Source: Candidatus Micrarchaeum sp. (lineage in GTDB: Archaea; SpSt-1190; DYHY01). Taken from it: a stretch of 64,000 nucleotides of DNA. Location: positions 7,634 to 71,633 of the forward strand of contig DYHY01000004.1 in the NCBI GenBank assembly GCA_020723935.1, in the 5' to 3' direction. The notes under the pieces were generated by a model, which saw only the letters and a list, made by a program, of their open reading frames with translations, did not search any database and was not told where the DNA came from. This document shows, in pieces, positions 18,217-26,294 of the stretch. The translations under genes and the position numbers were made by a program. Numbering within the stretch: the stretch's first letter is position 1; each line of letters begins with the position of its first letter.

Positions 18217-18849
18217 CTAGCCCCGTTTTTTCTTCTTCTTGGCGGGAGATCTGCTCTGCTTCCCCTTCCGCCCGATGAACCTCGTCGAATACGCGACGGT
18301 CGCCGCGAGGGAGACTGCGATAGGTATCACGACGATCGGCATCGCGAAGGCGGGCGGGATGATCGCCGCTATCGGCGGGAAAAGCGCTGAGAAATAGAGC
18401 CCAAGGGCGCCGGCCTTCTGCGTCCCCGCCCACGCGTCCTCGTTTCCCTTTATCCAGGGGAAGCGGAAGCCGAGGGCCGGGTTTTCCGGCGCGGATTGGA
18501 CGCACCAGCCCAGGTATGCGAGGGCTGCCGAGAAGAGGAGGAGGAAAGCCAGGGGCGTCCTCTCGTTCCCCGCGAGGATCGCAATCACCTGGTCGTTGGC
18601 TATTATCACGAGGAGGAGGAACATCAGCTCCAAGTTCCTTAGCGAGGAGACAACCCCTTCGGGAAGGAGCTCCTTCCTTTTCCTGCCCTTGAGCCGGAAG
18701 AGGAGGAACACCGCGATCGCCGCGGCCGGGGCGGCGAAGAGCAGGGGGCTTGCGAGGCCGGCTGCGAAGCGGAGGCGGAAATAGATGGAGGATGCGAGCG
18801 GGAAGAGCGCGAGGAAGGCGGAGAGGAGAAGGTACGCGAAGGCGGCCAT
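18217..18849 (-). CDS. SdpI/YhfL-family membrane protein
   Basis: GFRFPWIKGNEDAWAGTQK matches the family motif. Multiple TM helices. Lys-rich C-terminus. Confidence 0.45.
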   Translation of the reverse strand: MAAFAYLLLSAFLALFPLASSIYFRLRFAAGLASPLLFAAPAAAIAVFLLFRLKGRKRKELLPEGVVSSLRNLELMFLLLVIIANDQVIAILAGNERTPLAFLLLFSAALAYLGWCVQSAPENPALGFRFPWIKGNEDAWAGTQKAGALGLYFSALFPPIAAIIPPAFAMPIVVIPIAVSLAATVAYSTRFIGRKGKQSRSPAKKKKKRG

Positions 18850-19161
18850 CTATTCCCCCCTTGCGCCCTTCTTCGTCTTCTTCTTCGCCGCCTTGGGGAA
18901 GAACCCCGGAAGCGCCGCGTACGCGAGGACCGAGAAGGCTATCACGGCGAGGGCGGCGAATGCGGGCGTTGAGACGGGCGCCTCGGAGAGGAGGAGCTCA
19001 AGGCCCCCGGTGGGGACCCTTGGCGGGCCGGGCTTCTCGCTTTGCGTCAGGAGGAATATGAAGATGAAGGCGAACGCCGCTATCAGGAGGACGAATATCA
19101 GGAGGAACAGCTGCTTTGTCTTGGACATTCTCCTGTCTCGCCTCCACCCCAAGCGCGTCAC
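18850..19161 (-). CDS. small two-TM membrane protein
   Basis: Hydrophobic segments LFLLIFVLLIAAFAFIFIFLL and FAALAVIAFSVLAYAAL. Abuts the SdpI-like gene. Confidence 0.35.
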   Translation of the reverse strand: MTRLGWRRDRRMSKTKQLFLLIFVLLIAAFAFIFIFLLTQSEKPGPPRVPTGGLELLLSEAPVSTPAFAALAVIAFSVLAYAALPGFFPKAAKKKTKKGARGE

Positions 19162-19436
19162 CCCTGCTTATATCCCTTTTCGGCAGACGGCCTTCTCGCG
19201 GCGACCGCGGCCTTCACCGGGCAGGGGCAGCACCGGTAGCAGGGGTCGCAGTAGGGGCCGGGAGCGCTCTTCCCGGGGTCGAGGATCGCTCCGCCCGCCT
19301 CCCTCGCGTTCAGGTCCGCCTTTATAGAAAGGCAGTACGTTCCCGCGTCCGTCGGGCAGGTGCAAATCCTGGGGACCAAATAGAGTATCGGCGCGCGCGC
19401 CGCCCGCCCGTGCCCTTCCCTCCCGAAGGGACGCAC
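19158..19436 (-). CDS. Cys-rich small protein (CTCPTDAGTYC ... PYCDPCYRCCPCP)
   Basis: Coding-like codon usage. 4-nt overlap with the downstream gene. Family unknown. Confidence 0.3.
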   Translation of the reverse strand: MRPFGREGHGRAARAPILYLVPRICTCPTDAGTYCLSIKADLNAREAGGAILDPGKSAPGPYCDPCYRCCPCPVKAAVAARRPSAEKGYKQG

Positions 19437-19494
19437 AGTTCCCCCTTCCCGGGGCCCTGTGGCCTTAAAACGTTTCCAGCCCTCGCGCGTATCT

Positions 19495-20199
19495 TCAGGC
19501 CGGGCCGCCGTAGGAGGAGACTATCTTTGCAATCCGCCTCGCCGTCTCGGTCTGCGTGATGTCGGTCACGTCCAGGATGTGGACGTCCGGGAGCGCGATT
19601 GTCCTGCCGTCGCCACAATCCAGGCTCCTTGCCTGCGCGGCGAGGCGGAAGTACTTGTCCGTGAGCTCAAGCCTGCGCGTGTCGCTCTCATTCCACCTCT
19701 CGGCCGTCCCGGCGTCGCGCTTCCCGTCCTTCACGCGCTCCACAATGCGCTTGCGGTTCTCCTCGACGGTGGACACGAGTATTATCTCGGCACGCGGGAG
19801 TATTATCCCGCCCGACTCGACGGCCGAATACATGCTGTCCAGCGTCGGGCGCACCTTCTCGTCGGCCCATCCGTACTCCTCCTGCATCACGCGCAGGTAC
19901 ACCCAGACATCAAGGTACCCGCTCCTGTCCGAAAAGACGGTGGAATTCGGTGGGGCGGCGGCTAGCATGGCGGACCTCTCCCTGTGCTGGCGTATCAGCT
20001 CCTCCTCCCCTTTCAGGCTCCCTAGGAAGGGGTTGAGGGGCTCCTCGAGATAGAGCGCCCAGGGGACGAGCCTTACGAGTTCCGCCAGGGTCTCGGTTTT
20101 GCCCACGCCGTGGGAGCCGTTCACCGAAAAATAAAGTCCGTGCGTTTTCTGCGGCGACACCCTCCGGCCGGAACTTGCCCAATAAAAAGGAGATGGCAA
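19495..20199 (-). CDS. P-loop kinase, deoxynucleoside kinase-like
   Basis: Walker A GSHGVGKTE; LEEP and FSDRSGY resemble the dNK EP and ERS motifs. Track ORF extends to 20370 across the tRNA and repeats; true start is likely TTG/GTG near 20160-20199. Confidence 0.5.
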   Translation of the reverse strand: MPSPFYWASSGRRVSPQKTHGLYFSVNGSHGVGKTETLAELVRLVPWALYLEEPLNPFLGSLKGEEELIRQHRERSAMLAAAPPNSTVFSDRSGYLDVWVYLRVMQEEYGWADEKVRPTLDSMYSAVESGGIILPRAEIILVSTVEENRKRIVERVKDGKRDAGTAERWNESDTRRLELTDKYFRLAAQARSLDCGDGRTIALPDVHILDVTDITQTETARRIAKIVSSYGGPA

Positions 20200-20215
20200 C
20201 GGCGGGCGCGCTATC

Positions 20216-20323
20216 GGCCGGGCCGCGGCGGGGTCTGGAGGGCGCCGAACGAAGAGAGGGGCCCGGAACGGCCGGGCCGCGGCGGGGTCTGGAGGGCGCC
20301 GAACGAAGAGAGGGGCCCGGAAC
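20216..20323. repeat. perfect tandem duplication (2 x 54 bp) that includes the 3' terminal 10 nt of tRNA-His
   Basis: ggccgggccgcggcggggtctggagggcgccgaacgaagagaggggcccggaac at 20216-20269 and again at 20270-20323. Confidence 0.9.
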
Positions 20324-20385
20324 GGGAATCGAACCCGTGTTTGGGGATCCACAGTCCCCCAGTCTGCCACTAACTTATCCAGGCC
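20314..20385 (-). tRNA. tRNA-His (anticodon GUG) with extra 5' G-1
   Basis: Hand-folded cloverleaf. Acceptor GCCUGGA/UCCGGGC with one G-U. Anticodon stem GGGGA/UCCCC, loop CUGUGGA. T-arm ACGGG-UUCGAUU-CCCGU. Discriminator C73 pairs with G-1. TTTATAAAAG box about 30 nt upstream. No encoded CCA. Confidence 0.85.
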
Positions 20386-20873
20386 ACGATCGACTGCGAA
20401 GACTCCTGGAAGGCGCTTTATAAAAGTTAGATGCCCCGCGCTTCCTGCCGCGGCGCGCCATTTCGCCGGGCTTGGCTAGCTCCACTGCGCACAGCATCCA
20501 GAAGGCCGCCGCGCAGATGAGGAGGGCCTCCGCGAGCAGTATCAGCCAGTCGGACCCGATCCCGCGCGCGAAGGCGCGCGTCGCGGCCGCCGTCCATAGG
20601 AGGATGACGAAGAAGACGACGCCGGAATAGCCCGGCCGAAGATCCCCCCGCTGCCCCTGAGCGCCCGGACGCCCGCGACGATGGAATATGCCATGAGGCC
20701 GCCGCCGCGAGCCCGAGGAAAAGTATCGAAACAGTCAGGATGCCGCCCGTCCCCCTGCAAGCCGGCAGCGCTCAGTTTAAGGGTTCTGCCGGAAGACCCG
20801 GAACGTTATAAATGCCGGGCGGGGCCCCGCCCCCGTGCTAGGGACCAATATCGCCCTCGCGGCCGAAGCGGTG

Positions 20874-21881
20874 ATGTCCAACTTCAGGAGGCCCGCCTTT
20901 CCATACAAGCTCACATTCGCCGTCACCTACAACTGCAACTCGCGCTGCAAGACGTGCAACATCTGGCAGAACAGGAGCACGGGCGAGCTGACGCTCGGGG
21001 AGATAGACTCGTTCCTCAGGAAGAACGGTGGCTTCCGCTGGGTCGCCATAACGGGCGGGGAGCCGTTCCTGCGCCGCGACCTCCCCGAGATCTGTGAATC
21101 GTTCGCGAAGAACTGCCCGCTCCAGATACTCACAATAACGACCAATTCCCTCCTCCCGACGCTCCAGATAGAGGGGATAAGGAAGATAGCGAAGCTCAAA
21201 ATCCCCAGGCTCATCGTCACGCTGAGCTGCGACGGGGCGGGCAAGCTGCACGACGAGATACGCGGCGTGCCTGGGAACTTCGAGAAGCTCTGCCGGATAT
21301 ACTCGGAGCTGCGCGGCCTGCAGGACAGCCACTTCCGGATTTTCTTCGGGATGACGCTCTCGTCCTTCAACGTCGGGAAATTCGATGAGCTCTACAGGGA
21401 GCTGCATTCGCGCTTCCCGGAGATCGGGTACGACAGGATCCACGTGAACGTCTTCCACACCTCGAGCCACTTCTACAGTAACGCTGAGGGCGGCGCCGAG
21501 GAGAAGAGGGAGAAATGGAAGAGGGCGGCGATAGCGGAGATGAGGAACGTCCTCTTGAAGAGGAGGTTCTCCCCCTTCGATTCCCTCGGGTTCCTCGAGC
21601 GTAGGTACATCAAGGGCTCGATAAGATATATGAAGACGGGCAGGTCGCCGATGTCCTGCCTCTCGCTCTCGAGCTCGATGTTCCTCGACCCGCACGGGAA
21701 CCTCTATCCCTGCACAATATGGAACAGGAAGATGGCGAGCATCCGCGAGAACAAGGATTTGAGGAAGCTGTGGAACTCGCGCGAGTTTCGGGAGACCGCG
21801 CGCCTCGCCCGCGAGCTCAAATGCCCCAACTGCTGGACCCCTTGCGAGGCGTATCAGACGATACTCGGGAATCTTCTCTAA
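20874..21881 (+). CDS. radical SAM enzyme with C-terminal SPASM/Twitch-like Cys cluster
   Basis: CNSRCKTC (CxxxCxxC) near the N-terminus. C-terminal C-x17-C ... CPNCWTPC. Start taken at MSNFRR within track ORF 20835..21881. Confidence 0.8.
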   Translation: MSNFRRPAFPYKLTFAVTYNCNSRCKTCNIWQNRSTGELTLGEIDSFLRKNGGFRWVAITGGEPFLRRDLPEICESFAKNCPLQILTITTNSLLPTLQIEGIRKIAKLKIPRLIVTLSCDGAGKLHDEIRGVPGNFEKLCRIYSELRGLQDSHFRIFFGMTLSSFNVGKFDELYRELHSRFPEIGYDRIHVNVFHTSSHFYSNAEGGAEEKREKWKRAAIAEMRNVLLKRRFSPFDSLGFLERRYIKGSIRYMKTGRSPMSCLSLSSSMFLDPHGNLYPCTIWNRKMASIRENKDLRKLWNSREFRETARLARELKCPNCWTPCEAYQTILGNLL

Positions 21882-21935
21882 AAAGGGCCCAAGGGACGTT
21901 TCTGCGTAATGTCATGAGTAACAGTTAAAAACTCC

Positions 21936-23222
21936 TTGCCAGTTATACCGCACCGGGGGAATACCAGAATGTCAACTAGTGATAGCAGAAAGTCTCTCCC
22001 GTGCATTTTGACCTCTAGTCCGAAGGCGCCTAAGGGGGGAAGCGGTATCAAGCTTCCGGGCGTTCCCAAGGGCCCGGTGCCCTACGTCGTTGGCGTGGGG
22101 GCCTTCCTGACGATGGTGCTCGCCGGATACCAGAGTTTGGCATACAGCCCGCCGGATTCCCCGGACTTCGAAGTCGACAGGCTAGTTGACCCCTACGCCA
22201 GGGACCTCGCTAAGACCAAGACGCAGGGCACGATAGCTGAACTTATCTACTACCGGCTCGCGGCGCTCCCGACCTACCTGACCGTGAAGGGCGCGATAGA
22301 TGAGTGCAAGACCAGTCCCCCCCCAGCCGAGGAGACCGCCTTCCTACACAATGCGGCGTGTGTTGATGCGGCCCTCGCGAGCTACCAAGCAGGCCTTAAT
22401 CAGGTCATCGCCGACATGGGGAACCCGGCATCCGTCGTCTACACACCCGTCGGGAGCGCGATGGGAGGGGTTGAGGGCAGGCTCTCCCTCCTAGACAGGC
22501 AGATCGCCGCGGCGAGGGCAGGGATCGCAGAGACCGGGGAAGCGTACAGGAACGGCGTGGACACCCTCGGCCGCCTCACCGCCGAGCGGGCCGGGATACA
22601 GCGCGAGCAGGACGAGAGGAGCGACGAGCTCACGCAGGCCACCTACGACAGGATGCAGGTGGAACAGCAACTCGCTGCCCTCACGGCCTACAACGTGGGG
22701 GAGGACGTGCCGCTCTCCGGCGTGAGGCGCTGGGCCGAGGACTTGTGGGAGCTGCCAACCGCGATCGGCCTCAAGGGCCAGCTCTCCGAGAAAGCGGCAG
22801 CCGAAGCGCAGGCGCAGGCGACCTTGGATTCCACGAACATCAGGGCGAAGGCGACGGACCTGGAGATCAAGGCGACAGAGAGCGTCCTCTCCAACGGGGA
22901 GAATATTGTCAAGGCCGCGTACGTTGATCCGACGCTGACCCTCCTGGGCGACTTCATGGGATATTCCGGCGCGAACGACGCAAGGGACGCGCAGGTCGTA
23001 AGCGTCCCGGAGGAACTAGATAACATCCGGCAGCTCTCCCGCGACTCGATACTGCAGGATTCGCAGGCGTTCGTGGAGGCTGCCCTCGCCGACGCAAGGG
23101 ACGATGCGGCAAGGAACAAGCCGAACCCCTTGGCCGGCCCCATAGCGACGGCGATCGGAGGCACTATCCTGACCCTGACGATTGCCGGAGCCACGCTCCT
23201 GGGTAGGAAGAGCAGGGGCTGA
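21936..23222 (+). CDS. membrane-anchored coiled-coil protein (N- and C-terminal TM helices)
   Basis: TM near residues 48-65 and 400-420. Long Ala/Glu/Gln-rich helical middle. No family recognised. Confidence 0.45.
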   Translation: MPVIPHRGNTRMSTSDSRKSLPCILTSSPKAPKGGSGIKLPGVPKGPVPYVVGVGAFLTMVLAGYQSLAYSPPDSPDFEVDRLVDPYARDLAKTKTQGTIAELIYYRLAALPTYLTVKGAIDECKTSPPPAEETAFLHNAACVDAALASYQAGLNQVIADMGNPASVVYTPVGSAMGGVEGRLSLLDRQIAAARAGIAETGEAYRNGVDTLGRLTAERAGIQREQDERSDELTQATYDRMQVEQQLAALTAYNVGEDVPLSGVRRWAEDLWELPTAIGLKGQLSEKAAAEAQAQATLDSTNIRAKATDLEIKATESVLSNGENIVKAAYVDPTLTLLGDFMGYSGANDARDAQVVSVPEELDNIRQLSRDSILQDSQAFVEAALADARDDAARNKPNPLAGPIATAIGGTILTLTIAGATLLGRKSRG

Positions 23223-23262
23223 ACAGAGAAGTAGGAAGGCAGCAGCTCCCTAGCAAGAGGGC

Positions 23263-23532
23263 TCAGTCCTCGTACTGGCTCCGGGATATCTCCCAGCCTA
23301 TTGCGGCGCTAGCAAGGAGCGCGGCGACGGTGAGGACGGTGACCGGCACCGCCAGCGCGAGCATCCGGTAGGCGGGAGTCAGGATCCCGAAGAGGAACAG
23401 AGCGAGCAGCGCGACGGAAGCGAAGGTGAGCATTATCCCGCTGAGGTTCCCGGCCTGCGGGCCCTGCGGCCCCTTCTTCCCCCCTTTTTCCGGGGCAGCC
23501 CCTTTGTAATCCTTCCTGCTCGAGCGAGGCAT
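23263..23532 (-). CDS. small two-TM membrane protein
   Basis: 89 aa, Lys/Gly-rich N-terminus then two hydrophobic helices. Confidence 0.35.
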   Translation of the reverse strand: MPRSSRKDYKGAAPEKGGKKGPQGPQAGNLSGIMLTFASVALLALFLFGILTPAYRMLALAVPVTVLTVAALLASAAIGWEISRSQYED

Positions 23533-23915
23533 ATTCGGAAGCCTGGATGGAGAGGCGGTTTAAAATCGTTTTCGGAGAGGGCTGCTGTGCGGGGCTCCGG
23601 AACGGCGGGGGTGGGGGGCAGGAAACCTTCCTTCTGGGATTTTCCCTTCCCGGGCAGCTAGGGCCGGGCGGCCCTGCAATGCCTCGTGGGAAACGGGAGT
23701 GCAGTTCTCTTGTCGCCCTCTCGCATCCCCTTTTCCGGAGCCCTCAATCATTCGGCTTGCGCGCCTGGCGGTTATGCTTCCGATATCCTCACATGCGCGG
23801 GGCTTCCCCGCAATCCTCCTTGCCCGTCCTCCCGCGCGCCCTGCGGATAACGATTGGGGGAGGGCTTTTCCGCTAATGCTTTTATCTCGGGAATGCTCTC
23901 CCGGGAAGGAACATA

Positions 23916-24320
23916 ATGGCGCTCTCCGACACCAAGAAGAAGGCCGCGCGCGAGATGGTCCTCGCGGCCCTGGGGAACAAGGGGAGGGATGGCGCCAGGT
24001 TCTCCGAGCTCTTCTTGATTGCGCGGCGCTCCATCGACCCCTCCGAGCTCAAGCTCCTCCTCTTCGAGATGCAGCTGGCAGGCGAGGTCGAGGAGATTGT
24101 CCCGACGCTCTTTCGCCTTGCCGACAGGAAGCCGCCGCCAAAGGAGAAGGAGCCCGAGAAGCCGACCTTCAAGTGCAGGATCTGCGGCCTCACCTACGCC
24201 GACGAGAAGTGGTGGAAGAAGTGCGAGTTGTGGTGCGCGACGCACCCGGCATGCAACCTGCAGATAGGGCAGCACTCGCTCGAGGGCCGCGGCGAGAAGG
24301 AGTCGGACCTGGAGCATTAG
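23916..24320 (+). CDS. small winged-helix plus C4 zinc-ribbon protein (regulator-like)
   Basis: N-terminal helical part; CRICGLTYADEKWWKKCELWCATHPAC. Followed by a terminator hairpin. Confidence 0.5.
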   Translation: MALSDTKKKAAREMVLAALGNKGRDGARFSELFLIARRSIDPSELKLLLFEMQLAGEVEEIVPTLFRLADRKPPPKEKEPEKPTFKCRICGLTYADEKWWKKCELWCATHPACNLQIGQHSLEGRGEKESDLEH

Positions 24321-24332
24321 CAGGCACCCGAG

Positions 24333-24360
24333 GCCGTCCCGAGGGACGGGCGCTTTTCTT
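24333..24360 (+). terminator. hairpin plus T-tract downstream of 23916..24320
   Basis: gccgtccc-ga-gggacgggc followed by gcttttctt. Confidence 0.4.
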
Positions 24361-24460
24361 CCGAAGAGGATGGAGGGCCCGTTCTTTTCGCAAAAGAAGG
24401 GGGGTTCTGGTGCAGGAGGCCGGGCTCCGAAGAGTCCGGTTTTGTTGCACCATCTGAGGA

Positions 24461-24547
24461 TGGTGCAGGAGGCCGGATTCGAACCGACGAACCCTCTAGG
24501 GGAGCAGATCTTGAGTCTGCCGCGTTTGACCGCTCCGCCACTCCTGC
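24461..24547 (-). tRNA. tRNA-Leu (anticodon CAA), long variable arm, CCA encoded
   Basis: Acceptor GCAGGAG/CUCCUGC. Anticodon stem GCAGA/UCUGC, loop CUCAAGA. Variable arm about 17 nt. T-arm CGGUUCGAAUCCG. Ends ACCA. TTTAAAA box about 25 nt upstream. Confidence 0.85.
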
Positions 24548-24639
24548 GAAGGAGAGGCCGGCGCGACTCATTTAAAACCCTTGCATGGCTTTCCGAAAAG
24601 AGGGGAGAGCGAGACCAGGGCAGACCTGTCCGCGAGAAA

Positions 24640-25524
24640 GACGAAGGCGCTTGTCGCGATTTCCGAAGAGCTCTCGCGCGCGCCGGCGTCGAGAAGTGGT
24701 GCCTCATAGGGAGTTGCGCCCTCTTCGCGCGCGGCGTGACGCAGAAGGAGCCAAACGATATCGACATCCTGACCGACCTCCCGGGGGCAAGGACTGCCGG
24801 GCGCGCCCTCGCCGGGATGGTCGTGTCTTCCAAGGAAACTCCAAAAGAAGGCGCCCAGCCGCTCATGCTTTCCGTCGTCCTGTTGATCGGGGGCTGCGAG
24901 GTCGAGATCATCGGCGAGGAGCCTGCGCCGGACCTGTCGCATCTGGAATGGATCGCTGCGGGAGGGGGCCGGTCGTCCCGCTCCGGCCGGCAGAGGAGGA
25001 GCTGGCCCTCTATGAGCGGCTCGGGAGGGGGGAGCGCGTCGGGGAGATTAGAGTGTGGCTCGCCCGCGCGAGGGTGTGGGCCCTGAAGCTGGTCTGCGCG
25101 AGGCTTGGGGGGTTGGGAATAAGGTGGGCGCTCGTGGGAAGCAGCGGCCTCGCGCTGCGGGGCGTGGACGTTGAGCCGCACGACATCGACATCCTCACGG
25201 ACGAGGGTGGGGCATACGGAATTGACCGGCTGCTCTCCGAATTTTCTCCGTCCGCAAGGTCTCGTTCTCCGAGACCACCCGGTTCAGGTCGCACTTCAGG
25301 GAGCTGAGGATGGACGGCGTCAAGGTCGAGATTATAGGGGATCTCCGGACGCGGGAGCCTGGCGGAAAGTGGTCCGAAATCGGGGACCTCTCCAAGGGCA
25401 TGCAGGAGGGCGCTCCTCGCGGACAAGACGAGGGTTCCCGTGAGGCCCTTTGAGTCCTACCTGCGGATGAGGCGAAAGGAAACGACGGAAGCTATAACGT
25501 GCAGGCTCTCTAGGAGCTCCGGTT
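24640..25524 (+). pseudogene. two tandem minimal nucleotidyltransferase (MNT / Pol-beta superfamily) domains broken by several frameshifts
   Basis: GSCALFARGVTQKEPNDIDILTD and ALVGSSGLALRGVDVEPHDIDILTDEGG (GS...DxD) lie in different frames. Downstream VKVEIIGDL and LLADKTRVPVRPFESYLRMRRKE segments are in two further frames. Confidence 0.45.
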
Positions 25525-26229
25525 GAGCTTGTTTATCTCCTCGCGGATCTTCCTTATCCTGTCTTCTATTCCGTCTATCTCCTCGGGAGCCATCTTCTTG
25601 ACCGACTCGTAGCGCGAGCCGCTCACCCGCTCCTGCACGTCCTCGAGGCGGCCGAGGATCTTGTCCAGCTTTATCTGCGAGCGCTCGAGCTCCTTCATCA
25701 GGCCGTCGAGGATCGAGACCGAGTCAAGCTGCACCTCGCGCACGAGGCTGAAGACCTCCGCGAGGTTCTTGATGTTGTTCATCGTCGCCTTCATGTCGGA
25801 GAGCTCGGTGAGTATCTCCTCGTACTTGTCGATCTTGACGAACACCGGGGCGTCCGGGTTGCTCGCGACGACCGTCGGCTGTAGGTCGCGCTCCGTCGAG
25901 TCGCGCTGGACCTGCACTATGACCGGCTGCCGCTCGGGAGGATACATCTGCTGGGACATCTGCTGCTGGAACTGCGGCTGCTGCGGCTGCGGGGGCTGGG
26001 GCGCGGGCCTGGGGGCCTGCTGCTGGGTGACGACGTGCACCGTGACGGGGACGGGAGGAGTGTAGTTGGACGGAAGAGAGGCCGCCCTCTGAGGGGGCAT
26101 CCAGCCGGGGCTTGCGGGCTGCTGCTGGGGCATCCCCAGGGGCGATTTTAGCGGTACCGTCTGGGGCTGCATGGAATTCGCGGCCGTCGGCTTGGGTTTC
26201 GTGAATATTCCCATTGCGTATAGTTTCAC
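25510..26229 (-). CDS. protein with Gln/Pro-rich low-complexity N-terminus and helical coiled-coil C-terminus
   Basis: PQPPQPQQPQFQQQ region, then about 130 aa of heptad-like helical sequence. Family not recognised. Confidence 0.45.
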   Translation of the reverse strand: MKLYAMGIFTKPKPTAANSMQPQTVPLKSPLGMPQQQPASPGWMPPQRAASLPSNYTPPVPVTVHVVTQQQAPRPAPQPPQPQQPQFQQQMSQQMYPPERQPVIVQVQRDSTERDLQPTVVASNPDAPVFVKIDKYEEILTELSDMKATMNNIKNLAEVFSLVREVQLDSVSILDGLMKELERSQIKLDKILGRLEDVQERVSGSRYESVKKMAPEEIDGIEDRIRKIREEINKLNRSS

Positions 26230-26294
26230 TCCACTTGGTGGTGACAGGATGGAGGGCGACTTTCTTTAAAAAGGTTCTTTATCCGGCGGGCCCC

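Noticed and set aside
20175-20423. Plus-strand ORF MPNKKEMATAG...GPRRGLEGAERREGPG repeated twice
   Set aside because: It is merely a translation of the 54-bp tandem repeat and of the antisense of tRNA-His.
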